This document shows positions 25,401-38,819 of a stretch of DNA of 64,000 nt, one piece after another (within the stretch, counting starts at the first letter, position 1; every line of letters starts with the position of its first letter). The position numbers and the translations under genes were made by a program. The notes under the pieces are model-generated. The model searched no databases, was not told the DNA's origin, and worked only from the letters and a program-made list of their open reading frames with translations. The stretch covers positions 121,210,001-121,274,000 of the forward strand of contig OZ024745.1 of NCBI GenBank assembly GCA_964016885.1, given 5' to 3'. Source of the DNA: Eledone cirrhosa (lineage: Eukaryota).

Positions 25401-27647
25401 GGTGTGTGACCGATTGACGCACTTAGTGTTGAATTGATGTTTTTCCCCCGCATTGTGTATTATATTTATAATGTTCCTAGCAATAATTAATTGATTATAT
25501 GTATTGTATTTCTATTCTATTAATATTTGTTATATGATAATAAAAAAATTGGTATTAAAAAAAATGTACACACAATGAAATTTGATAATTGTATTGTTAT
25601 TATCAATATTTGAAATAAATGACTCAATAGAGAATTGTGTATAGTGAAAGACAGTATAAACATATTGTTACAAACAAGATTGGATGAATTACAAACCATT
25701 GAGGAATTTGAAAATACAGTCAGCACAATGCAGATAACTATAATAATAGGTTAATAGGTTAATATTTCGAGTAAGGCTTAGTGTTTAGAGCGTCGGGCTT
25801 ACAATCTTGAGGTTGTGAGTTCGATTCTCGGACCGGGCTTTGCGTTGTGTTCTTGTGCGAAACACTTTATTTCACGTTGCTCCAGTTCACTCAGCTGTAG
25901 AAATGAGTTTACCCAGCTATGGGTTAAATAGCCTCACTAACCCGCAATTGGCCAAGCATGGTGAGTACAGCTACACCCCTGACATGACCAAAACAGAAAC
26001 CGGTGGAGGTCAATCAGGGAGGGATTCCTCTGACAGGAGGGAAAAGGCCCTGGATTGATGGATTGAATTTCGGGTAAAATACACTCGTAGTAAAATATCG
26101 GGTAAAATACATCTGGCCATTTTCCCTCGTCTACAAGGATACTTTAATCGATTTATTCAACTATTATTTTTGTTATTCGCATTGTGGCGACTATGTTTTT
26201 AAATTTATATTCTTAAGAGTTTTTTGCCTGATAACTTTAAAAACATATCTAAAGTAATGATTTCATCAATCTTTGTTGAAACGATTTGAATAACATGGTA
26301 AATTGAAATGATTAGGAATAAAATCTAAAGCTCCACCATCCTGAACCAACCTGGTTCATCTCATACGATTTATCAACAGAACAACGGATAAAATTTAATC
26401 TTTAATGCATTAGGAAATCCAAGAATCCGCGATAGGATTTGTATTGCACAAAATATTAAAACTAGAACTTTATTTACACCCCCCCCCCCAAAAAAAAAAT
26501 TTATTTAATCAACATATTTAATTAAAAATTTGATTTGTTAAATTTTTTGAGAAATCCTAGTTTTCCGAAAAATGCATTAAAAGAGCGCCCTATCTTGCAG
26601 TACGGACAACAATCCCACCATATCAGATGAAAAGATCATTTTTACTTCTACCGCGATGTTCCCTAAATTCAAGTAATATTTTATTCCTTTCACGTTCGCC
26701 CATTGTGATGCTCCCTAAATTCAAGCAATATTTTATCTTCTTAACGTTCCCAGAAAGTCATTTTTACGCGTATTTAAAGTGCAAATTTACAAAATCCTAA
26801 TCAAGACACATTAATAAAAACTATTTTCTTAAAAATTCAGATCGATATTGCAAATTATCATAAGAAAAAAACCCCCCATATTTATACGTGGATTATGTTG
26901 TGATAGACGGATACAACGGAAAGTTTTTAGCAGCAACAGCGGTCGGAATACTTAATTTATCACAAAAACTACACACTCAAGTCATATCAAGTTAATTTTG
27001 ATCAATTATAGAAGCATTGCCTCTGACCAACCGGCAACTACTAAATTCTACTCTTTTTTTTTGTTTCGTTTTTCAGCTAACTCCCTAATTACTTGTAAAT
27101 CAACAACGGTTTCAGCTTTAATTGTTGCAGTAACAGCAGCTCCAGTTATTTCATAAATAACCTCAAGCTAACTAGGAACAGCTGGTGAAGTAAACTCAGA
27201 ATTTTGAGCTACTTGAATAGCTTTTCCTGACCAATTTGGGAAAAGCAAGAATTTTCTTTTTTTTAACTAATCAAGAGATCAACAAGGGCAATTGCCACCA
27301 TCACCCTCCACCAAATCTAAAGAGAAACAAGAGAGTTGAACCTGCTTTTGATTTTTAAAGTCCTCATCTTTCTTCGAAACATCGTTGAAGTAAATCCACT
27401 GTTCACAAATATCTCCTTGTACTCAGCATCACTCCTTTGACTTTAGCACCAACTTCAACGATTCTTTGCAAACAACGTAATTTTTTATCAACATCATTTC
27501 GAAATCCGACCGCCTGCTCTCAGTCAGTGCGCGTCATCCAAGTGTAAAATATTCTGAGATTCGCATGCGCAGTAGGCGTGCATTCTGCAGACGAAAACAT
27601 GTATGAAAATAAAATGTGATAGAAACGGCTGGTACACTTTTGATTAT

Positions 27648-27860
27648 TGGACTGGCAGTATCGGTAGAAAGTCGGACGCCATGATTTGCAGCATAGAGTT
27701 ACGGTCCTTTGTGGTCTGAGTTCAAATCCCGCCGAGGTTAACTTTGCCTTTCATCCTTACGTGGTCGATAAAATAAATCACCAGTAACGTACTGGGGTCG
27801 ATTTAATCGACTTTCCCCTCCCCCAAATTACTGGCCTTCTGCCTATACTAGAAATCATTA
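27648..27860 (+). mobile_element. SINE family A
   Basis: Match to family consensus. Confidence 0.85.
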
Positions 27861-28318
27861 TAGGACTATGCCTTGCTCGACTACAGTTACTCGATATGTA
27901 ATAATTAGCAGTCAAATATCCTTTAATTCACTCGGCACCATCTTCAAAGAAATCAGGATATGTTTGAAAACGTAGTCATAAAAATATGATACATATAAAA
28001 TTACTCAGCACGATCCTTTATTTCCTCGATCAGAGTTGACTGGGTGGCTGAACGATAACAGCAGCAGCTGTAACAGTATGATCTAACCAGGGAGCTTCTA
28101 TGTAGGTGTTCAATTTGCTAGAAACAGCAACCAAATCTATCTAAAAACACACAACACAGTCTTAAAAAAGGATACATTAGATAATATAGTCCTAAATAGA
28201 TACACTATATCAGGAAATCGTTGGAATGGTCACGTTAGGATGCCTTTGATCAGGACTTTGGGATTAAAGACGACTTACGACCAAACAACAACAACAATAA
28301 TAACAACCACAGCAATAA

Positions 28319-28529
28319 TAATGGTTTCTTATATAGGCACAAGGCCAGTAATTTGGGGGGAAGGCAAAGTCGATTAAATCGACTCCAGTGCGTTACTGGT
28401 ACTTTATTTTATCGACCCCGTAAGGATGAAAGGCAAAGTTAACCTCGGCGGGATTTGAACTCAGATCGTAAAGGGCCGTAACTCTATGCCGCTAAGCATG
28501 TTGTCCGGTGCTCTACCGATTCTACCAAT
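28319..28529 (-). mobile_element. SINE family A
   Basis: Reverse complement of family consensus; inverted relative to the 27648 copy. Confidence 0.85.
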
Positions 28530-28984
28530 GATAATAACAGAAAGGGGGATACAAACTGAAAGTGATTTGTTGATGTTTGTATTTTGAAGGAAGATGTGGG
28601 TAAAAATATAACTCTCTCTCACTCAGTCCCCCCCCCCCTCACACACAAAACCTAAAACAGAAAAAAGTAACAAAAGAATCAACAAAACAACGAGGAATCC
28701 TCTATATAGTCATTTAACCTATTAGAAATAGCAGCCAAAGCCTTCCCATATATTATATCCCACCGTCTTAAAGATATTAAAGACTTATGAGAGATTGCCA
28801 GAAACTTTAGGAAAGGTTGAATATGAGAAGATCTCCAGAGAAGAAACCAACCCACATCCTATGCAAGTGCCTCAACCCTTAATAACTTAAATTCTAAAGG
28901 AGTCGGGCCACATTCCTGCCATGACTCCTGAGTGCCCTTCTACTGATGCCTTATAACATCTTGGATATCAGAGTCTTCATTATA

Positions 28985-29680
28985 TTGTGTCTGACTATCG
29001 CAGCTGGCTTCCCATCACAACTGGAGCCAGCCTTGACCGCAGAGGGGGCAAGCGCCCCGATCGAATCATCCTCTTCGAAGGAGGTAGATCCCTCATCTGG
29101 GACGCCACCTATTGCGACACCTTCTCCGTCTCCAACTTAGTCGCCTCACCTACAAATCCCGGTACCATGGCCCGCCTTGCAGAGGAACGGAAAATAAACA
29201 AATACCGGGGACTGTCCGGCCGCTTCCCCTTCGTACCGGTCACCATCGAGACCTCAGGTGTACTTGGACCCCGCACAGTCAAGCTCCTCCCAACATTGGC
29301 GGCCCGTCTGAGGAGGGAGCCCTGTCTAAGGAAGGAGCTGCCCCGCAAGGTGAGGGTGGCTGTTGCAGCGGGTGTCGCTGGCCATTGTCCGTGGGAATGC
29401 TTTTGCGGTCTTGTCCCCGGGGTGCTGCCCTTTACCGCCGTGCCCTAGGCCCAGAGACCAATCATCCTCCCCCCTCCCCATTCCTCTCTGACACTAGAGT
29501 CCTTGCCATTCCCTCCGTTTCCCGTTTTTTTTCTTTTTCTATTTTTTCTCTATATTTTCCTATTTTACATTCCATTCTTCTCAATCTAAATTTTCTTTTT
29601 TTTTTCTTTTTCTATTAAACTGTATTTACATGATTTATTACATAAATAAAATAATATTATATATGTAAAAAAAAAAATAT
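28985..29680 (+). mobile_element. CRE-like non-LTR 3' end (restriction-like endonuclease)
   Basis: GKRPD..LIWDATYCDTF..AEERKINKY..FVPVTIETSGVLG (PD-(D/E)xK pattern), followed by a pyrimidine-rich UTR, AATAAA and an A-run. Confidence 0.75.
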
Positions 29681-30318
29681 ATATATATGATCATGGCACA
29701 AAACAACAAAAACGACTACGAAAAAGTGGCTAAGCCTTAAGAAAAAATATAACAAAAACACTCCGAGCCCTTCAAAATACTCACAAAAATCTTACAAAAA
29801 AGAAAAAAAATCAATGAAAATTAATAAAAAGGGCGGTGCCCCAGCATGGCCTCAGCTGGATGCCTGGAACAGGTAAAAAAGTAAAAGAGTAAATAAAAAC
29901 CCCAGAAAACTTGCCCTTAAAAAGCTCATGTGTTGTCATATAATCCAATATATTAAAGAACGATTACGGAAATGACTATGATATGACTTGATTGGTTAAC
30001 CAGGTAAGACTCGATCAGTTAACCAGGTAAGACATGATTAGTTAACCAGGTAATATTCTGAGACTCCAGGAACATTTTCTTTCAAAGGTAACAATATCTC
30101 TACCCACAGTTAATAAATTAACTACTACATGTATTTACAGTCATACTTAATGCATTTTAGTTGTCACTCGAGACGTTTTCTGTGTTAATGTGTGTATATA
30201 TGTATGTGTAGTTTATTTGTGTTTGTGTGTGTGTCTGTATGTGTGTGTGTGAGTGTAATAATGTATGCAGCAGCTGATGTGCTTGTATGTCGCAGCTTGT
30301 ACGGGTGGTTTTCTTCTT

Positions 30319-30358
<40 letters not shown>

Positions 30359-30633
30359 CGCACACACACACACACGTACACACACACACACACACACATA
30401 CACATATATACATATATATACATATATATATATATATATTAATTCAAAATATTAACAAAATAGATATTCGTGTGATCAAGTATATTTTATTATACATATT
30501 TCAGAGGTACTGAGTTAACTTCAACAGTACGTCCTCATCAGATAAAATAAGATGATGCATGACATACCCTGACATAGTAGATGGTTAAGATTCAATCATT
30601 CTTTGATTTATTCATTGAACCTTGATTAACCTT

Positions 30634-30685
<52 letters not shown>

Positions 30686-30778
30686 TTAGTGAGGGAGGAG
30701 GGGGTAGTATATATGGGTTTTATTTCAGGCCTTGCCAGACTGGCGAGATTTAAATGGATGATGCGTGTATGCATCTTA

Positions 30779-30836
<58 letters not shown>

Positions 30837-30897
30837 ATAATAATAAATTTCAAGACTAGTGAAAGCAGCGATTCTTTGCTTAAACTTTAATCTGTTA

Positions 30898-30933
<36 letters not shown>

Positions 30934-31118
30934 CGTTTCTGAATTTGTTTAGCAAGATTCTTTATCTGAAATCGTGTGTTGAACACAAACACAAACACAA
31001 ACACACACAGACACCCGGATGTGGCGCATGCGCAAACTGAGCACAAAACACACACACAGAAACAAAATGGCGTAGGACAGAAGAAAGGAAAGGCACAGAA
31101 ACAAAGAAAGGAATCCCC

Positions 31119-31163
31119 AGTCACTGATGAGGTCATAGAGTGTGTGACGAAAGGACTATGACT
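31119..31163 (+). ncRNA. Minimal type I hammerhead ribozyme motif
   Basis: AGTCA-CTGATGA-g-GTCA...TGAC-GAAA-GGAC-TA-TGACT. Stem I 5 bp perfect. Confidence 0.7.
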
Positions 31164-31425
31164 ATATATAAACAACTATCTGGTTGTGGAACCAACCAAC
31201 CAACCAGAAATTTATAAGTTTGTAGATTTGTAAATTTATAAATTTATAATAAATTGAAGTGAAAGCAACTGGTGCGTGTGTTTCTTATTGGCAACATGAC
31301 CCTCCCAAAGTATAACAATATATATATAATATAAAACGAAAAATCAGTGATGCATCTGGACTCAATTTATTGTGTGTAACAATTGAGTGCTCAACCGCCT
31401 ATGGAAGCATCATAGCTACCATCAA

Positions 31426-31461
<36 letters not shown>

Positions 31462-31593
31462 TAATGTATGTATGTATGCATGCATGTAAGTATATATATA
31501 TATATATATATATATAACAAAGAAGGTGTGGTAAGATACCAGTTGGACCATAACGCACCAGAGTATTCGATACTTAGGGTAGTAAAGTTGGTA

Positions 31594-31708
31594 ATAGGAA
31601 AAGAGTCAGGACCCCGACGGCTGAGCTCCGGCCGTTTCCACAGCTAGATCTGAACTAGCTGTCGAAACGGCCGGAGCTCAGCCGTCGGGGTCCTGACTCT
31701 TTTCCTAT
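31594..31708. repeat. Near-perfect hairpin, 54-bp arms, 7-nt loop
   Basis: ATAGGAAAAGAGTCAGG...CAGCTAG atctgaa CTAGCTG...CCTGACTCTTTTCCTAT, one mismatch. Confidence 0.9.
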
Positions 31709-31720
31709 ATATATATATAT

Positions 31721-31960
31721 ATCTATATATATAAATGGCAATTTCTGTCTGTTTGTGTGTGTGTGTTTGTTTGTGGATTTGTTTGCGAACCTAAAACTCA
31801 AAAACTACCCAACCGATCTTGATGAAGCTTGACACGCATGTGGGGCTCATGCCCATTTTATTTCTTACGTATATTTTATGTTAACCAAAGGGTTCCCCGG
31901 GGGCTCAAACCTCAGCTGAAAATTTTTTCCCTTCGATTTATATGAAATTTAAACCATAGG
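31721..31960 (+). mobile_element. Helitron-like non-autonomous 5' end (related copy 63717-63900)
   Basis: ATCTATATATATAAA..TCTGT(GT)n..CCTAAAACTC..ACCCAACCGA shared by both loci. Confidence 0.45.
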
Positions 31961-32298
31961 TAAATGACAAGATGTGATGCCTATTCACAAAAGTTTTGAA
32001 CTGATATTTTGAAAAAAATTATTTACAAGAAACAAAATAAGAATAAGATTTAATAATGTAATTTAGATTTGATATATTATAAAAAATAATGTTTTCCAAT
32101 TTTTCATGCATTACATTTTACATTAAGTAATATTGAAATGCAGAGTTTTTCTCCATAAATTATATCACTGATTTAAAATCAATCATCATTTTCTTACAAA
32201 AAAAAAATGTGTGAAACGCATATATATACTGCAGTAAACGTTTGGTAGAAATATCCAAGAGTAAGAGCACTCAGTCCATAGGAAGAGTTTGTTATAAA

Positions 32299-32446
32299 TA
32301 GTTACAACAGTGACACAAACAGGTACTTAAGTTTCGTTAGGTTCTGGACCTCAACTCATTTAGCCTGTCATAAGAAAAAGGCTGAATGAGTTGGGGTCCT
32401 GAACCCAACGAAACTTGAGTACCTGTGTATGTCACTGTTGTAACTA
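32299..32446. ncRNA. Inverted pair of hammerhead-like motifs with an 8-nt core variant
   Basis: Plus 32377-32426: AAAGG-CTGAATGA-GTTGGG..CCCAAC-GAAA-CTTGAG-TA-CCTGT. Minus 32319-32368: ACAGG-CTAAATGA-...-GAAA-CTTAAG-TA-CCTGT. Confidence 0.55.
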
Positions 32447-32447
32447 C

Positions 32448-32508
<61 letters not shown>

Positions 32509-33149
32509 TGTGTGTGTCTGTGTGTGTCAATGCTTTTAAATTTGCAGTTATAAACGTTCGCCATCTTACTGCAGTGAGAGAGCTTGTGTTTTCAAAGTGA
32601 CCCAACAAACTATGCGATGGAAGTTTCTCATGACCACACGTAAAGGCAAGGTTGTAGAAGGAAGTGAGACTCGCGACCCAGGAGGTCAGTGTTGAAGCAA
32701 GAGGAAGAAGTGGACCTCACCACTCAACGTTTAATAAAAGCTGCAGCATTTGGTCAAGCGTCATTCGTTTTAGATCTAATTGCCACTGAGACCAGCGTCA
32801 GAAGGTGTTGAAGGATTGAATTTGTCGGCAGCTAATCATATCTTTACACTAAACGAAACCAAGCACAGACGTTTCCTTGATCTTTGTCGACAAAGGTCTT
32901 TGTATATTCAGCACACTCAGCCTTGAAGTGATCGGTGAAGAGTAAAGGAGGAAGCATGTGAATCTAGAGACTTTTAGTTCTAGCCGACACATAAAGGTTG
33001 GATGTTTAATACAGTCGTTTCATTGACTCACGGAAGCAGGGGGTAATTTTCGGCAGCTGTATTCATGACTGAGCGTTTGGATCTACCCGGCTCGCCACGA
33101 ATTTCGAAGAGTTTAAAAAAGGTGCTGTGAATATAGTTGGATTCAATAT

Positions 33150-33650
33150 CACCTGTATATATGACTGCGTTGAAAAACAATTGGGACTTGGAACGCCCGA
33201 ACCTTGAAGTAAAATTGATCTGTGCAACCCAAAAGAACTGTTCTGATTGCAGATCAACTACAAAGACATCGTTGCTCTCGGTGGTACCAAGAAGCTTGCA
33301 GGATACACCTTCACCTGAAGAAGATCACATAATACACAGAGTAGGCTTTGCCATAAATAATGTTCTTCTTCAGAAACTATCAGAACCCCCAACCAGTATC
33401 AATGAACGACTAATGAAACTTACTCCGGTTTTAACTGGTAAAAGATCAACAAGCAACAATCATTTGTACCTATATTTCAAATTTTCAATTCTGACAATAC
33501 ACTGAACTAAAACTTCCTTGCCCAGCTTAATTTCAACCTTTCTAACAACCCCAGAACAAGTAAAGCCATACTTCTCGGAGTCTTGGTTTCTATGTGAGAG
33601 CAAAACAAGACAACAAGCCCTGGAAGAACATCGTCAAAAAAAACCCGTAA
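33150..33650 (+). mobile_element. RTE-like APE endonuclease remnant
   Basis: Broken frames GTWNARTL, DIVAL, VGFAINNVLLQKLSEPPTSINERLMKL. Confidence 0.55.
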
Positions 33651-33751
33651 TCATTGCAATACAGTGAATGAAATATAATTAGATAAAACAACATTAGTCG
33701 AGAGCAATATAAACTCATTGAAGATGTTATTTAGTCTTAATTATTGCAATT

Positions 33752-34052
33752 AATACTTTAAAATCCGGCAGAGAGGATGATGAAACTATTCTAAAATACT
33801 TTAAAATCCAGCAGATAGGATGATAAAACTGTTCTAAAATACTTTAAAATCCAGCAGATAGGATGATAAAACTGTTCTAAAATACTTTAAAATCCGTCAG
33901 GAAGAATGATAAAACTGTTCTAAAATACTTTAAAATCCGGCAGATAGGATGATAAAACTGTTCTAGAATATTTTAAAATCCAGCAGATAGGATGATAAAA
34001 CTGTTATAAAATACTTTAAAATCCGGCAGTTAGGATGATAAAACTGTTCTAG
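33752..34052. repeat. 43-bp minisatellite, about 7 copies
   Basis: Unit AAATACTTTAAAATCCAGCAGATAGGATGATAAAACTGTTCTA. Confidence 0.9.
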
Positions 34053-34054
34053 AG

Positions 34055-34260
34055 AGTTCCCCTCCGATGCACAAGCCGAGTAAAGTGTTTTTATCGAAGA
34101 CAAGGAGTCGCCCATGTATGCAAATCTCCCTTCTCCACACCACCAATGTTGTCCAAGGGAAAGGCAATGGCTGATACAGCTTGGCACCAGTGACGTCGCA
34201 ACTCATTTCTACAGCTGAACTGGAGCAACGTGAAATAAAGTGTCTTGCTCATGGACACAA
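34055..34260 (-). mobile_element. SINE family B fragment
   Basis: ACAGCTGAACTGGAGCAACGTGAAATAAAGTGTCTTGCTC is the reverse complement of the family B core. Confidence 0.7.
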
Positions 34261-34289
34261 TAGTCTAACCACTATATATATATGTATAC

Positions 34290-34393
<104 letters not shown>

Positions 34394-35044
34394 ATGAAAC
34401 ACCTGCAATAAAATACACTGACACAAATTACATGATTTCTTGGACTCAGGTGTGAACAGACACATGTGGGGAAAAGTAGCGGCCCTATAAGTGGTTATTT
34501 TGTATTGTTAATTTTTATGTTTGTTACATGCGATCTACTCATGATATTATGTCAATGTATGTTTAATAAATGTTATGAATAAATAAAAGTTGTATTGTAG
34601 GATTGTATACATTTTCTAATGTGTGCTTTAATATTAAAATAAGTTTATAATATCAAATAATATTTTCTACGCAATCAAATGGGGGTGTGCAGCATATTCC
34701 ATTGGCGGGCCACTTTTTGAACATTGGAACAACTATTAGGGCCATTAATATTCGTTAAGCACTATTCCAGAGATTCACCACAACTTCTTTCCATAACATG
34801 GAACTGGGAAATTATAACACACATAACCCTACAGTGAAGCCCTCTAGTAGAGGTCAACTAACAAAAAATTGTATTACGGTTACAAAAAAAATTCTAAATA
34901 AGCCTACAAGGTAAAAATTAAAAACGGTCATCGCGGGCCACTCTGACTGGTCTGGCGGGCCGGCTTGTAGCCCACGGGCTGCCTATTGCACGCCCCTGCT
35001 TTAATCTGAAATCATGCTAATGAGTACTAGAACCAAATAGAAAA

Positions 35045-36230
35045 GACTGATTTATGAAGCTGGTTTTAAATTGTATGTTATTGAATATGACAAAGGAACA
35101 TGGCAACTGTAGAGCTAAGAATGAGTTTTTATTGTTTGAAAAAGTGGTGAATAATTGTTTCTACTTTTTGGCACAAGGCCAGCAATTACTCAGTATATTA
35201 CTGGTACTTTATTTTATTGACCCCGTAAGGATGAAAGGCAAGGTTAACCTCGACGGGATTTGAACTCAGACTGCAAAGGGACGTAACTATGCTAGAAAGC
35301 ATGGCGTCTAACCCTCTACCGATACTACCAATTCACCATAATAAAGTCACACTTAAAAATATGCCAAAAAACAAAACGAAAGGTTGCAAACGCATCTATA
35401 TACTTTGGTGTGCAAACTACATTGAATTAAACATTGAATTTACCTGTAGATTAGAACCGAAGCATTGTAGCTTTTCATGGAGTCAAAAGAGGAAAGTTTA
35501 TACATCCGAAATGGATTAATATTACACCAGCGAACTCATATCACCCTAGTATTCGTAAAGGGTGTGGATTATAAAATTGAGTATCTTATAAGTTTATGAT
35601 TAACGAATGTAAAGTTTATGGTTGAAGTTGTCAGTTATCAAAAATACAGTAGAAATGGCAATAATGTTTTGACAATACTACTAACAATATCGCTGTAGAC
35701 TTTACATGACCATACTGTTACAAGAGGTCATGTGAAACGATATTTTACGTTAGCTTCAGTTTTCATGGCTGATGGAACCAAGCTAAAACCTATGGCAATT
35801 CTTTAAAAGCAAAACTGATGGATCATTTTCCAAATAAGATGTATGATACTTGTCAAAGAACACTGAAGAGATTGATGGAAATGAATCCAAAATTTGACAA
35901 GACGTTTAACAGGGTTAGGTCTCTACACAAACCAACATATTTGCTAGAGTAAGATTGATTCTATTCATATTTGTGTGATTCAAATAAATAAAAACTGAAA
36001 CAAAATGAAACAAGGCAAGCTGTTATCCCAGCAGGGATGTCAATTTTATAACCATTGGATGTGTCATCCAATAAACCTTTTAATATGTACGTATATCAAA
36101 AAGTTATGGAATACCTAGATGGTCTTAGTAAACAACTAACAAGGAGGTGCCTTAAAACACGAATTGTTAAATGGGCGAAAGACACTTAGAAAAACATATC
36201 TAATGCTACGATTGTAAAATCTTAAAAAAA
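35045..36230 (+). pseudogene. Decayed pogo/Tigger-family transposase
   Basis: YEAGFKLYVIEY..EHGNCRA (Brinker-like DNA-binding domain), MADGTKLKPMAI and AVIPAG...PLDVSSNKPF (DDE_1-type motifs), with stops and frameshifts. Confidence 0.7.
35151..35331 (-). mobile_element. SINE family A inserted in a pogo transposase remnant
   Basis: Reverse complement of family consensus. Confidence 0.85.
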
Positions 36231-36535
36231 TAAGTTAGACGTGGCCTGGCCAGTATTGACCGAAACCTATCAAAGTTATTCCAAATACACTACTAGGTGT
36301 GACTGAGTTTGAAAATCTATTTAATGGGTTAAAGCACCTAGCCGGTATCATGGAGATATGGGGTTCAATTCCTCATAGCAGCTGATGGCAACTTTCTTTT
36401 CCATCTTTAAGGGTCTTCACCTTATTTGATAAGCTATTTTATAACAGCTCCGCGCACGAGCACACCATTCTTTATATCAAATCTATTCGAAGAATTAATT
36501 TAAAAGTGTCAACAAGAAGACGAATGAATGAAATG

Positions 36536-36957
36536 AGTTGGTAGTGTCGGTAGAGGGTCGGACGCCATGCTTTGCAGCATAGAGTTACGGCCCTTTACGG
36601 TCTGAGTTCAAATCCTACCGAGGTTAACTTAGCCTTTTATCCTTACGGGGTTGATAAAATAAAGTACCAGTCACGCATTGGGGTCAATTTAATCGAATTT
36701 CCCTTCCCCCAAAATTGCTGGCCTTGTGCCTATATAAGAAATCATTATTATTATTATTATTGAAGGGTGGGGGGTTGGCAGTATCGGTAGAGGGTCGGAC
36801 GCCATCTTTTGCAGCATAGAGTTACGACCCTTTGCAGTCTGAGTTCAAATCCCGTCAAGGTTAACTTTGCCATTCATCCTTACGAGGTCGATAAAATAAA
36901 GTACCAGTAATTCACTGGAATAATTGCTGGCCTTGTGCCCAAAGTAGAAACAATTAT
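36536..36957 (+). mobile_element. Two tandem SINE family A copies (36536-36750, 36773-36957)
   Basis: Both match the consensus; (TTA)n between them. Confidence 0.85.
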
Positions 36958-37545
36958 TTCACTGGAGTTATACTTATATGAGTTTTAAGGAGTAACAATG
37001 AGTGTTCCCAAACAGACCTACTATATTAAATCTTTGTTGGTTTTATTCAATGAACAAATATAATTATTTCTGGGGTCAGCATATGACCTTTTTTCATCCC
37101 TAAAATAATCTTTCATTCATAATATTCTTTCCATCCAAAACTGAAATCTACCTTCCTCTAACCATAAATTTAGGTTCTTTTACTACTATTTTACCATCTT
37201 GACCTTCACTATCTTTCTATTGGTCAATTCAAAACCTGTTCCCAAACAGACCTATTGTATTAAATCTTTGTTGGTTTTTTTCAATAAACAAATATCATTA
37301 TTTCTGAAGACAGCATACATATGTGTAGGTATGTATATTCCCTCTGATAGTTTGTAAAAATTTTACATAGATCTATAGGATATGCATACCAACACACACA
37401 TATATATCCTAGAAACGATCGTAAAATGATGAATTTTTTAATATAAGGAACTGTTTCTTTGTTTATTCATTATTTTATTAATTTATATATATATATATAT
37501 ATATAGATATATATATAAATTAATAAAATAATGGATAAACAAAGA

Positions 37546-37620
<75 letters not shown>

Positions 37621-37669
37621 ATTATTTCTGGCAATATATTTATTATTATATATATGTTATTATTTCTGG

Positions 37670-37725
<56 letters not shown>

Positions 37726-37768
37726 ATTATTTCTGGCAATAGTATTACAACAATATCACCCTCCACAA

Positions 37769-37811
<43 letters not shown>

Positions 37812-37895
37812 AAAGGTAAACAGAAATAACAACACAATCGATACAGTATATGGAAAGGATATATTAGGTTAACGCTTGATATAGCAGGAAGAGGG

Positions 37896-37931
37896 TCTTA
37901 ACGTTTCGGACGCTAGTCCTTCATCAGAAGA
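37896..37931 (-). ncRNA. Minimal (36-nt) type I hammerhead motif, sense to the host gene
   Basis: TCTT-CTGATGA-A-GGAC tagc GTCC-GAAA-CG-TT-AAGA. Stem III is only the palindrome ACGU, as in Penelope-type minimal hammerheads. Confidence 0.75.
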
Positions 37932-38014
37932 AAGAATGAGAAATAAGATAGATTGAGGGGACGGGCGGTTTGGAATTGGAAAAAATGTCTTTAGATAAAA
38001 ATAACAGGTCCATT

Positions 38015-38062
<48 letters not shown>

Positions 38063-38502
38063 TGTGTGTGTGTGTGTATCAAAAGTATATATTGAGTTAA
38101 AAACTCACAAAAGTCCCCTATAATTAAAATAGCTTAAGGAGTAAACTTTTTCCGAGCCTTATAATACTGTAGGGAGAGACTAACACAGATATGTAGCTAA
38201 ATGGGTTCACAAGGAACAAAGACCGCCCGTTTTTCTCAATTTATCCTTTTGATTGGGTTCTGTGAACCATACTATGTTAGTCAATATTTTCTTTACCTTG
38301 GTGGTCTCTGTCCATTGTGATTTGAACATATATAGCTATATATCTGTGTTCGTCTCTCCTTACAGTATATATATATATATCCGTATGTGGTTGAAATGAG
38401 TACTCAATATCGAAGTAGAGTGTTAATATTCATTTTATTAAAGCTAAATAATGAGTCTTGTGACTCTGGAGTTTCGCCTGTTTATCACAGGTCAACATAT
38501 AA

Positions 38503-38558
<56 letters not shown>

Positions 38559-38819
38559 GAGAGAGAGAGAGGGGGGGAGAGAGGGAAGGAGAGAGAGAGA
38601 TAATTATAAATGGTGAACAAATAGAAATAATACATTATAAAATATATTTCTGTTTAAAGCATTTAAAATATTTCAGTATATTATAAATACGTAAAATTGT
38701 CCTCATTAGCTAATGACCCATACAATATTGTTTTGGTTGTTTAACTTCATTCTGCAATCCAATCCAGGTCATTCTAACTCCTGTTGGATGAACCCCTTCC
38801 TGGTAGACCTCCACAGCTT

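Noticed and set aside
27030-27500. Minus-strand VQGDICEQWIYF, resembling a decayed PHD finger of a LINE ORF1
   Set aside because: Too few conserved Cys/His residues and many stops to support a call.
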